Of a stretch of 64,000 nt of DNA, positions 25,725 to 35,640 are shown one piece after another. The notes under the pieces were generated by a model that worked only from the letters and a program-made list of their open reading frames with translations, had not been told where the DNA came from and searched no databases. Position numbers and translations under genes: made by a program. Source of the DNA: Octopus vulgaris (lineage: Eukaryota); contig OX597842.1 of assembly GCA_951406725.2 (NCBI GenBank), positions 20,026,001 through 20,090,000 of the forward strand. Direction: 5' to 3'. The first letter of the stretch is position 1. Every line of letters starts with the position of its first letter.

Positions 25725-27596
25725 GGATCTTTTCCTTTTGAACGGCAGTTTGTAACATAATTTCTAGGTAACTAAAAAGTTTTAAACTTCCTGTACTGGT
25801 AGAATGTGTTTATAAAACATCTTTTTCTCTTGGCTTTATTGAGAAAATTCTATAGTTTGTAAGATATTTGGGATCTTTTCGGTTTGAACGGCAGTTTTTT
25901 AAAATAATTTCCACGTAACTAAACACTTTTAAACTTCGTATACTGGTAGAATGTGTTTATAAAACATCTTTTTCTCTTGGCTTTATTGAGAAAATTCTAT
26001 ACTTTGTAAGATATTTGGGATCTTTTCCGTTTGACCGGCAGTTTTTAAAAATAATTTCCACGTAACTAAACACTTTTAAACTTCGTATACTGGTAGAATG
26101 TGTTTATAAAACATCTTTTTCTCTTGGCTTTATTGAGAAAATTCTATAGGTTGTAAGATATTTCGTCTTTAATTTCTTGCATTTCGGCAATTTTAACCAA
26201 TCACTGGCGTCCATTTAGGTAAATAACATTCTGTACATTATGAATATGTCCCTTCTTTATGAAACAGATTGGGTTTATTTACATTTGTGAAGAAAAAAGA
26301 TACCCTTCCCCCCCCCTAACCCTAAATCTAAAATAGATTGAAATGCTAAGTTTTTTATAGCAGTGTCGTATGAAGTTGTCACCCATAATTATAACCCTAG
26401 TATCGATCTATTGCATTTCAATCTATTTTAGATTTAGATTTAGAGTTAGGGTTAGGGTTTGGGGTGGAGGAAGGGTATCTTTTTTCTTCACAAATGTAAA
26501 TAAACCCAATCTGTTTCTTAAACGAGGGACATATTCATTATGCACAGAATGTTATTTACCTAAATGGAGGTAATTGATTGGTTAAAATTGCCGAAATGCA
26601 GGAAATTTTAGACGAAATATGTTACAATATTTATTACGAAATATGTTACAATGTTTTTTACCTCAATACACGTCCATTGATTCGATGAAATTGCGGAAAT
26701 TGAAGAAAGAAAAACAACAAATGTCTTACAAACTATAGAATTTTCTCAATAAAGCCAAGAGAAAAAGATGTTTTATAAACACATTCTACCAGTATACGAA
26801 CTTTAAAAGTGTTTAGTTACGTGGAAATTATTTTAAAAAACTGCCGGTCAAACGGAAAAGATCCCAAATATCTTACATACTATAGAATTTTCTCAATAAA
26901 GCCAAGAGAAAAAGATGTTTTATAAACACATTCTACCAGTATACGAAGTTTAAAAGTGTTTAGTTAGTTGGAAATTATTTTAAAAAACTGCCGGTCAAAC
27001 CGAAAAGATCCCAAATATCTTACAAATCATAGAATTTTCTCAATAAAGCCAAGAGAAAAAGATGTTTTATAAACACATTCTACCAGTATACGAAGTTTAA
27101 AAGTGTTTAGTTAGTTGGAAATTATTTTAAAAAACTGCCGGTCAAACAGAAAAGACCCAAATATCTTACAAATCATAGAATTTTCTCAATAAAGCCAAGA
27201 GAAAAAGATGTTTTATAAACACATTCTACCAGTATACGAAGTTTAAAAGTGTTTAGTTAGTTGGAAATTATTTTAAAAAACTGCCGGTCAAACAGAAAAG
27301 ACCCAAATATCTTACAGATCATAGAATTTTCTCAATAAAGCCAAGAGAAAAAGATGTTTTATAAACACATTCTACCAGTATACGAAGTTTAAAAGTGTTT
27401 AGTTACGAGGAAATTATTTTAAAAAACTGCCGTTCAAACCGAAAAGATCCCAAATATCTTACAAACTATAGAATTTTCTCAATAAAGCCAAGAGAAAAAG
27501 ATGTTTTATAAACACATTCTACCAGTATACGAAGTTTAAAAGTGTTTAGTTACGTGGAAATTATTTTAAAAAACTGCCGGTAAACGGAAAAGATCC
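25725..27596. mobile_element. Large Merlin-like foldback element with tandem ~147-bp terminal units (3 left, 6 right)
   Basis: ggatcttttc at 25725, 25871 and 26018; right-arm units end near 26864, 27011, 27157, 27303, 27450 and 27596; inner inverted arms contain (TTAGGG)n-like tracts. Confidence 0.8.
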
Positions 27597-27934
27597 CCCC
27601 ATTTTCCTAAAAGTTGATGGAAAAACTCGGATCTTGTGAATTTTCCCAAGTCCTCTCCCCACCCTCCCGTTGCGTAGCACGCATTTTGTTCCCTATTCGT
27701 TGCCTACACATTGTTTTACATCCATTTGAATATTTTTTCTTTTTCTTTTTTTTTTTTTTGATTTTCTGTTCCGGGTCAACCTATAAACATTAACCAACTC
27801 CTTTTTAAAAGTTTGATTGTCGAATGTTTTGTCATAAATAGGCAATCTTTTGTAATTACATTCCCAGTTACAAAATTATGCTCCACCCACCAAATTTATC
27901 TGTTCTAATTTCTGAAAAACAAAACGAAAATAAA

Positions 27935-28437
27935 AAGCCTTCTTCTATCATACTCTCAATTTTGGTAACTTGCGCCGCAGGGTCTCGGAGGAGATGATGT
28001 TAGTTGAAGCCTACCAAACCTGCCACGCACAGACAACTTCAGCTCTATATATATACTAGCAGTATCGCCCGGGTTTGTTTCGACCCTTTAGAATTGGAAT
28101 TTTTGAAAAGTAAAAAGTTTGCATTATGTAGCTTGTTATTCTCTTTAAGTGAACATTTTTCTGGTTGAAATACACCGAAAAGTGGCGACACAGCAGTGAA
28201 AAAATCGTAAAAAAATAGGGATTTTCATAGAAAAAAAGCACCTTTTTGATGTAAATAATTTTTGGTGTTAACATGGTCCGATTTGAATTTTTTCTTCTGC
28301 GGAATGAAGAGCGAGCCTTCTTCTATCATACTCTCAATTTTGGTCAACTTGCGCCGCAGGGTCTCGGAGGAGATGGTGTTAGTTGAAGCCTACCAAACCT
28401 GCCACACACAGAGACAACTTCGGCTTTTTGTATATAG
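27935..28437 (-). mobile_element. Helitron-type element (28056-28437) with a head-to-tail partial copy (27935-28055)
   Basis: 3' end ctagcagtatcgcccgg shared with the 20135 element; gccttcttctatcatactctc...gacaacttc occurs twice. Confidence 0.6.
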
Positions 28438-28720
28438 TTGGACTTTTAAACACAACGGCACAAGGGAGACCACTCTGAATCTTAGCTGCCCTCGCTCTGT
28501 GATTTCTTTCATAAGCTAAGAATAGGAACTCGAACCCGCGGCTCTTACCTCGATCACTAAACGGTAAAACAAAGATATTTGTTCGTTATTTAAAGGAAAA
28601 TTGCTTTAGATTGATCTTTTGTCTCCTGTCTGAGTAACTATTGAAGAGGCTAGAACATGCGTCTCGACCGAAATCAAAAGGAGTTGAGAATGAAGTAAAA
28701 TGCCACAATCAAATACACTT

Positions 28721-28942
28721 TGGTACTACTAGCGAACAGTGAGCCCGGGGCGCGCACTCACGCTAGGTAGTCGATCCTACGACTTTTTAAACCTAACCCT
28801 AACCTTAGTTTTGTTTATAAAAATCATTTATTTACTCAGTTTGAAGAATTATTTACTTTGTTCGAAAAATATTATTTAATTTCCTTTGATATGTATTCAG
28901 CCTTGAAATACAAACATACGCGCAAGTTCGCTAGTAGTACCA
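28721..28942. mobile_element. MITE with perfect 17-bp TIRs
   Basis: tggtactactagcgaac / gttcgctagtagtacca; related ends at ~34362-34391, 35200-35232 and 45220-45258. Confidence 0.7.
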
Positions 28943-29296
28943 TCTTTCTGAACACTTTGTAAATATGTTTGAGTTGACAAACTAGGGATTCGTGTAGAAC
29001 AGTAAACCATTGGTCGAAACATACCACCACTGATACACCTCATTCCCTTTTTATGTTCGAATTTGGCTGCCCTTTCTAATACACCGATCGACCACAGACA
29101 CTTTGATCTCGCATGGGCCGTAGCAGATACTGTTTACTACAAGAACACTCGTGGGAGAAGGAACGTATGGCTCATGGAAGTGAGGTAAGGTTTTAGTGAT
29201 AGCGACTGTACGACATGCAATGGGTTTTGAAGATTTTCCCTGCTTCATTGTAAAAACTTAATTTCTGAGCATCTAACTAGCTATTACTTCTTCAAG

Positions 29297-29680
29297 GCAT
29301 TCCTTCGATATAACTCGACAAAATCAAAACGTTTCCCTTCGGGTATTTCCGTGGGTTGTGGAGTATAGATATAACGATGGAAGGATGTGATGAGAAAGGT
29401 GGGTGGCAGTAACCCAGCTTAATCATTGACGAAAGGAAAAGATTGTTGCCGGGCCTTATAGGGTGCCGGGTTCGATCCTTTAATCTTTTTATTCGTTTTC
29501 TTATGTGTTTTTTTGCTTTTTTTAAAGTTTTAGTCTAAGGTTAAATTAATTACTTTTTTACTTGTTTCAGTCATTTTGACTGCGGCCATGCTGGAGCACC
29601 GCCTTTAATCGAGCAAATCGACCCCGGGACTTATTCGTTTGTAAGCCCAGTACTTATTCTATCTATATATATATATATAA

Positions 29681-29751
<71 letters not shown>

Positions 29752-30280
29752 GGGAATAAATCCAAACTTACAGGGAAAAATTAGATTTAGGATTAAATCC
29801 AATTTTATAGTATAAATATATACGACGGGCTTCTTTCAGTTTCCGTCTACCAAATCCACTCACAAGGCTTTGGTCGGCTAGGGGCTATAGTAGAAGACAC
29901 TTGCCGAAGATGCCACGCAGTGGGACTGAACCCGGAACCATGTGGTTGGTAAATAAGCTATTTACCACACAGCCACTCCTGCACCTATGGTGCATAAAAT
30001 ATATTTTAGTAAATTTTTAAATGATATCATACGAACTCATATAACACATTTGTTTGTCCTGTGTTGTCGCATTCTGTATAAGATCGTTCTGATCATAATA
30101 AAGATTCCATTTTAAACCTGAAGAAAAAAAAGCTTTGCATATTTCTTCTTAACCTATTTCGTTTGTGTCTGTAAAATCCGCAAATTTCCAAGAAGAAAAC
30201 AGAATCGAACTGTCGTTTGCTTCCACGGAAATACCCGAAGTGAAATGTTTTGATTCTGTCGAGTTATATCGAAAGAATGC
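29297..30280. repeat. Inverted ~58-bp repeats flanking a region that contains a minus-strand OK-like SINE (~29550-29988)
   Basis: gcattccttcgatataactcgaca...gggtatttccgtgg versus ccacggaaataccc...tgtcgagttatatcgaaagaatgc. Confidence 0.65.
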
Positions 30281-30684
30281 CAGAAATGCCTTGTGGTATT
30301 CTTTCCGGCTCTTTCGGAATTCAACCCTTGCGTTCCCCCGGGGGCTAATAAAATATCTGCCAAGTACTGGCAGACAAACGTAGTCATGTGCTTACAAATT
30401 AAGGAAACGGAGCCCCAATTTTGGCGATCTTTCGTTTTCAGTACAGTTCACATCACTTCTAAACCACGTAGGTTTGTTTATGTTTCTCCTGAACATGATC
30501 GGTGCTTTCCGTAAAGATTTTATTCTTTACGTACGTGGGAGGACAGGGGACTTTTCTTTTGAAGTCGGCGTAAAGCGAAAGAGAGAGAGGAATTGATGTG
30601 TGGGCGTGTGTTGATGGGGTGCACGAGGCAGAAAGTGTGGTGTGTATATGAAATTTGCACGTATGTTTATGCAACGAACGGTAT

Positions 30685-31045
30685 ACTCTCTCTTTTACTT
30701 GTTTCAGTCATTTTGATGGCGGCCATGCTGGAGCAACGCCTTTAATCGAGCAACTCGACCCCGGGACTTATTTTTTTGTAAGTCCAGTACTTATTCTATC
30801 GGTCTCTTTTGCCGAACCAAAGTGACGGGGACATAAACACACCAGCATCGGTTGTCAAGCAATGCTAGGGGGACAAACACACATATATAGATACGGCAGG
30901 CTTCTTTCAGTTCCCGTCTACCAAATCCACTCAGAAGGCATTGGTCGGCCCGGGGCTATAGCAGAAGACACCTGCCCAAGGTGCCACGCAGTGGGACCGA
31001 ACCCGGAACCATGAGGTTGGTTAGCAAGCTACTTACCACACAGCC
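30685..31045 (-). mobile_element. OK-like SINE
   Basis: Family sequence. Confidence 0.8.
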
Positions 31046-31309
31046 CTGGAGCAACTTTTAAAAAATTCTAAAAGCTAACCCCACCACCGCCCTCCCCTAT
31101 CCGAACTGATTTTCGTGGGGACTTACGCACTGGAGAAGCTTTCCGGTAAAAGAAAAAAGGAAATTCAAGCGAAAAGGTAGGATTTAAGGGCTGTTATTTG
31201 TAGGAAAAACCAGTACATTTAAAACTCTCCTTGAAGTCTACTCACAATAAGAAAAAGAAACATCGCAAATCGCCAAAAAAGCGGAATTAACCTTCATGAG
31301 AATGTGGGT

Positions 31310-31325
31310 GGCCCTGAAAAGGACC
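31310..31325 (-). terminator. Histone mRNA 3' stem-loop of H2B
   Basis: Minus strand GGTCCTTTTCAGGGCC followed by ACCCA, about 32 nt after the stop. Confidence 0.95.
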
Positions 31326-31357
31326 GTTATTCTTCGATGAAGAGAAACGAAGCAGGT

Positions 31358-31735
31358 TTATTTGCTGCTAGTGTATTTGGTGACAGCCTTGGTACCCTCA
31401 GAGACGGCGTGTTTGGCCAACTCACCAGGAAGGAGAAGACGGACAGCAGTCTGCACCTCACGGCTACTGATGGTCGAACGTTTGTTGTAGTGAGCCAAGC
31501 GGCTGGATTCAGAAGCTATTCTTTCGAACAGATCGTTGACAAAACTGTTCATGATGGACATAGCTTTGCTGGAGATGCCAGTGTCCGGGTGGACTTGCTT
31601 CATCACTTTGTAGATGTAGATGGAGTAACTTTCCTTCCTCTTCTTCTTACGTTTCTTGTCCCCGGCAGGGCGAGAGGTCTTGGCCTTGGAAGCCTTCTTG
31701 GCTCCTTTCGAAGCAGTTGCTGGTGCTGGTGGCAT
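31358..31735 (-). CDS. H2B: Histone H2B (125 aa, intact ORF; separated from its promoter by an insertion)
   Basis: [10 protein letters not shown]...[42 protein letters not shown]...AVTKYTSSK. Confidence 0.98.
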   Translation of the reverse strand: MPPAPATASKGAKKASKAKTSRPAGDKKRKKKRKESYSIYIYKVMKQVHPDTGISSKAMSIMNSFVNDLFERIASESSRLAHYNKRSTISSREVQTAVRLLLPGELAKHAVSEGTKAVTKYTSSK

Positions 31736-31753
31736 AATGTCACTTGCGAAAGC

Positions 31754-33487
31754 TATTTCTTTATTATCCATAAGGATTAACACAGATGGGGACAATACAA
31801 TGGTTTGGGGTCAAAACATGGAACTTTTTACAATGAAATCGGATGAGTTATGTACAGTGGTGTTATAATGAAATCGAAAAACAAACAACAAGAAAGGACA
31901 ATGAAGATAAAAGAACAGGGTAGCCGACCCCACGAGCCCTGTTATTTCAGCAGAGACTTTTGGTAAGTGATCATGGCGTGTTCATGCAGGGCCTTTCACA
32001 CCCAGCATTCGTGCTACATGCGTCCATCTTTTTTTGAATACAGACTTAGTCAGACACCTTTTCTCCAGCTCCACTTTTTTCTTCAGATGGAATTTGAAGA
32101 AGTTTGTTAGGTCGGTGCCAGAGATCATGGTGTCTGACATTAAACCTTTCACTCTTGTCTTCCATATAACCTCTTTCGCAACTGCTACTGTCACGAGAAA
32201 GCAATGCTTACCTTCGTTCGTCATGAAACCAGGTGGGTCAATTTTAAGGATTGACTCAGACGACAGCTGTACTCTTCCCTCGTCCGACAACAGGTGTTCG
32301 GCATAAACCCACACTTCCGAAATCTCCGGACATTGAACGATGGCGTGCAGGACTGTTTCCACGTCCTGTCCGCACCTTGGGCATGCTGAAGGTCCGCCGT
32401 GACCATGCCCTGTGAGTTTATCTCGAACGGGTAGGGCCCCTCTGTAACACTGCCAGGCCAGGCACTTCTGAAAGTTATCCAGTGTCCCCGGCTCGAATGT
32501 TCTTTGGAACAGGCTGTCCAACTGATTACCATCGAGGCCCAGGGTCCTTCCCAGGGTATCGTCATTTCCGGCCTCTACCAACCTGCTATAGAATGCTGCG
32601 GTTGTACCAAAGCCACCGGCATTGCCCGAGTTGCGGAAGCGTACGAGAGCCTTTCGGCACTCCGAATACCACATATTTGATTTCAGTCTGCGACGAAACC
32701 AGGTTTCTCTACCACCAAAACTGGCAAAGCTGGGGAATGTTTGTCTTGCGAGCGGAGACCACACCCGTTCACCTTCCAGGTAGAGCCAAAGATGCCTGAG
32801 CCTCAGCGCATGTCTGCGCATCAACAGCCAAGGCATCCCTAACCCACCCTTTAACGGTTGTTGACAACAGATAGAACGTCTCACAAGAGGTTTGGAGCCT
32901 TTCCACAAAAAGCGGAAGATTTGCCTCTCCAACTTGTTTACCCACGAATCCGGACAGGGGACGACGGTTAGGCGGTATATAATGACCGATGCCATGAAGA
33001 CATTGGCCACCTCCGCCCTTCCTTTCAAGGATAGCCACCGCCAGGACCAAATCCTGACCACGTGGGCCACCTTGCTCGTAACCTCGGACCAGTTCTTTTC
33101 TATCTGGAGGCCTGGACCAAACCAGACCCCTAGCAATTTAACCGGGCCCTCCGTCCAGCATCCCACGATGCTGTTCGAAGGCGTCGCCTTGCCGACCCAG
33201 GTGCCGAGTTGCAAGCCGACCGATTTTTCCCGGTTAATTTTTGCTCCTGTCACCGCTTCGTATTCCTTGATGGTGTTTCCTACATCCTGTAAGAGTTCCA
33301 TCTTGGACACGATGATGGTGATATCGTCCGCATACGCACTGACAGAACTTCCTCCTCCTGGGTTCATCGGGATGGCGCTCAGCTTTCGCAGTAATGGCTC
33401 GAGGGCCATTACATATAAAGGCGCCTTGACGTACTGACTGTTTGATGTGGAATGGCCTGGATAACAGGCCATTCACCCGCACGATGC
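31754..33487 (-). mobile_element. 5'-truncated Tx1/L1-clade non-LTR retrotransposon in the H2B 5' UTR
   Basis: Starts mid-RT (IVRVNG..SRPF.I..SVRQG); YADD, KLLGV, FLW.G, GGLG and the zinc knuckle CPRC...ETVLHAIVQC; 3' UTR with AATAAA at 31765-31760. Confidence 0.92.
31982..33472 (-). CDS. 496-aa ORF: truncated Tx1 ORF2 (RT C-half, thumb, zf-RVT); no endonuclease and no RT motif A
   Basis: Uninterrupted from LYVMALEPL onward; the first ~18 aa come from an alternative frame because of a deletion at the QG(CPLSP) motif. Confidence 0.6.
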   Translation of the reverse strand: MACYPGHSTSNSQYVKAPLYVMALEPLLRKLSAIPMNPGGGSSVSAYADDITIIVSKMELLQDVGNTIKEYEAVTGAKINREKSVGLQLGTWVGKATPSNSIVGCWTEGPVKLLGVWFGPGLQIEKNWSEVTSKVAHVVRIWSWRWLSLKGRAEVANVFMASVIIYRLTVVPCPDSWVNKLERQIFRFLWKGSKPLVRRSICCQQPLKGGLGMPWLLMRRHALRLRHLWLYLEGERVWSPLARQTFPSFASFGGRETWFRRRLKSNMWYSECRKALVRFRNSGNAGGFGTTAAFYSRLVEAGNDDTLGRTLGLDGNQLDSLFQRTFEPGTLDNFQKCLAWQCYRGALPVRDKLTGHGHGGPSACPRCGQDVETVLHAIVQCPEISEVWVYAEHLLSDEGRVQLSSESILKIDPPGFMTNEGKHCFLVTVAVAKEVIWKTRVKGLMSDTMISGTDLTNFFKFHLKKKVELEKRCLTKSVFKKRWTHVARMLGVKGPA

Positions 33488-33489
33488 TC

Positions 33490-33744
33490 TACTAATCAAC
33501 CCTCGTCCACGCTATTTATAATTGACAAGTAGGCTCAGCCGAGCACCTTGCTGACGTTTCGCGCCGATCAATTTCATTGGTGGAATTTGACAGCAGTCTA
33601 ATCACGTGACATAAACCCGCTCCTTTTTCGCTCGGCAGTTTGTGACTGCTGGAGTCTCCTGACTGCTATTTAAAGGCAAAAACCGCCCTCTTTTTTAAAC
33701 TTTGGCCGTCTTCTTTGTTGAGAACTACTGTCGAACTTTGAAAT
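33490..33744. promoter_or_regulatory. Bidirectional H2A/H2B promoter
   Basis: TATAAATA on the minus strand (33520-33513), TATTTAAA on the plus strand (33667-33674), ATTGG at ~33576, tcacgtgac at ~33602. Confidence 0.75.
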
Positions 33745-34122
33745 ATGTCTGGACGTGGTAAAGGAGGAAAAGTAAAGGGAAAGAGCAAGACCCGTTCGTC
33801 CCGTGCCGGACTTCAGTTCCCTGTCGGTCGTATCCACCGTCTTCTCCGTAAGGGAAATTATGCCCAACGTGTCGGTGCCGGAGCCCCAGTCTACTTGGCC
33901 GCTGTAATGGAATATTTGGCTGCTGAGGTGTTGGAATTGGCAGGAAATGCTGCCAGAGATAACAAGAAATCGAGAATCATTCCCCGTCACTTGCAGTTGG
34001 CCATCCGTAACGATGAAGAATTGAACAAACTTTTGTCCGGAGTGACCATCGCCCAGGGTGGTGTTCTTCCCAACATTCAGGCTGTTCTTCTGCCCAAGAA
34101 AACCCAGAAGGCTTCTAAGTAA
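33745..34122 (+). CDS. H2A: Histone H2A (canonical, 125 aa)
   Basis: [58 protein letters not shown]...LLPKKT; no SQ(E/D) tail. Confidence 0.98.
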   Translation: MSGRGKGGKVKGKSKTRSSRAGLQFPVGRIHRLLRKGNYAQRVGAGAPVYLAAVMEYLAAEVLELAGNAARDNKKSRIIPRHLQLAIRNDEELNKLLSGVTIAQGGVLPNIQAVLLPKKTQKASK

Positions 34123-34160
34123 ATTAATTCGGTGGCATTTTTTGCTTTATCCAAAACAAC

Positions 34161-34176
34161 GGCCCTTTTCAGGGCC
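34161..34176 (+). terminator. Histone mRNA 3' stem-loop of H2A
   Basis: GGCCCTTTTCAGGGCC preceded by aaaacaac. Confidence 0.95.
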
Positions 34177-34670
34177 TCTCACACTTTGCGTGTTCGTCTT
34201 CTCTCGACTTAATATTTGCGATTTATAATCTGTCAAAAGTATGTTATTTGGTATTGGTGCCGAATGAATGTTTTATTATTTATTCTTTCACCCGCATAAT
34301 TTTCACTAGACGAAGAATACTCTTTTGTATGGGGTCAGGAACCGCTGACCTCAAGGTGTGCGGTACTATTCAAGCAGAGTGGTCCCGGTGTGTTTGAGAA
34401 TGTTTTTATGAGACACGGTTTTTTTTTTTTACTTATATTCCATACTTTATTTAAAAGCAGCAGAGGTTTAACAAAAGCTGTTACTCGGGGTTCCACGTTC
34501 CCGTTTGTCGGACAGTTTTGTTTGAAAAGAGGAGAGACTGTCCGGTGAGCGGAAGCGTAAAACTCCGAGTAACAGCTTTTAAATAAAACATATTACTCTA
34601 TTTCTGGTATTTGAGTACTCTTTTCCACCTTGTTTCGCATTTATGTTTACTCCGGTGTATATATATGTAT

Positions 34671-34950
34671 GTGGAGGCGCAATGGCCCAGTGGTTAAGGC
34701 AGCGGAGTCGCGGTCGGTCGTAGGATCGTGGTTTCGATTCCCAGACCGGGCGTTGTGAGTGTTTATTGAGTGAAAACACCAAAATGCTCAACGATGCTCC
34801 GGCAGGGTGTGGTGGTCCCGGCTGTACTCTTTCTTCTGTTGGCCTGCTCGCTTAGCCAGCGGGGTGGCGTCGTTCGAAGGGTAAAACAATGGGAAGCGTA
34901 TTGTAACCAGCGATGTGTGGCACCATCTTATAGCCTGGTCGGTCACGTGA
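34671..34950 (+). mobile_element. tRNA-derived (OR-like) SINE, tail type C (second copy ~36187-36455)
   Basis: Head gtggaggcgcaatggcccagtggttaaggcagcgg...ggtttcgattccc with A/B-box-like motifs; tail ...ctggtcggtcacgtga. Confidence 0.8.
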
Positions 34951-35369
34951 TATATATTTGTGTATATATATATATATATATAGGCATTGTTTTGCACCTA
35001 TTACACTTTTTTGTTTTTGTGCCAGGGTCAGACCCGAAAGATTCACGATGTGGATTTTCCGACTCCTCTCCCCACCCCTCTTTCGCGAGCGCGCCTTTTT
35101 TTGCCATATTCGTTTAGAGGAAGTCGTTTTACACTATTTTTATATTTTGTTTTTCTGACCGGATCGAGCGCTTTGGTTTGGCTAGCTAGTGTGTGTGCAC
35201 GCACCGGGACCACTCTTCATAAATAGTACCATGGTGTGCTGCAAGCCCCTTATTTTTGTTCGGGGAGAAAAGGGGTGGATGGGAAACTGGACTCACCACC
35301 AACATGGGATTTTCCTATTTATATACATTTGGTGGTCAATGTGGAAACTAGGGATAAAAAGTGGTAGAT

Positions 35370-35640
35370 GAGAGCTGTAGGGGCCATGCACAGGGATGCT
35401 GTCGGTGAGGTGAGGGTTGGCAACGAGTATAGTGGAGAATTCCAGGTAGAAGTAGGCTGTTCACCAAGGTTCAGTCCTCAGCCCACTCTTATTCATCATA
35501 GTCCTCTGGGCAATAGCAGGAATTCATGACAAGCTGACCCTAGGGGCTCCTCTGTGTTGGTGACCTTCGCTTATAGCTGGGTCACTACCAAAGCTGAAGG
35601 AGAAATTTCAGGTGTGGTAGGCAAGGCTAGAATTGAAGGG
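35370..35640 (+). mobile_element. Old RTE LINE RT fragment
   Basis: VRVGNEYSGEFQVEVG(.)HQGSVLSPLLFIIV. Confidence 0.65.

Noticed and set aside
26440-26462. Interstitial telomere (TTAGGG)
   Set aside because: Only 2-3 units, and always inside transposon-derived repeats
31736-31795. N-terminally extended 145-aa H2B
   Set aside because: The extension begins at a non-ATG codon inside the retrotransposon 3' UTR; the true start is ATG 31735
31745-33495. Target-site duplication around the Tx1 insertion
   Set aside because: Only a 3-4-nt resemblance (agc/tagc); not convincing without an empty-site allele
34671-34750. Functional tRNA gene
   Set aside because: The tRNA-like head continues directly into a SINE body; other copies have TSDs
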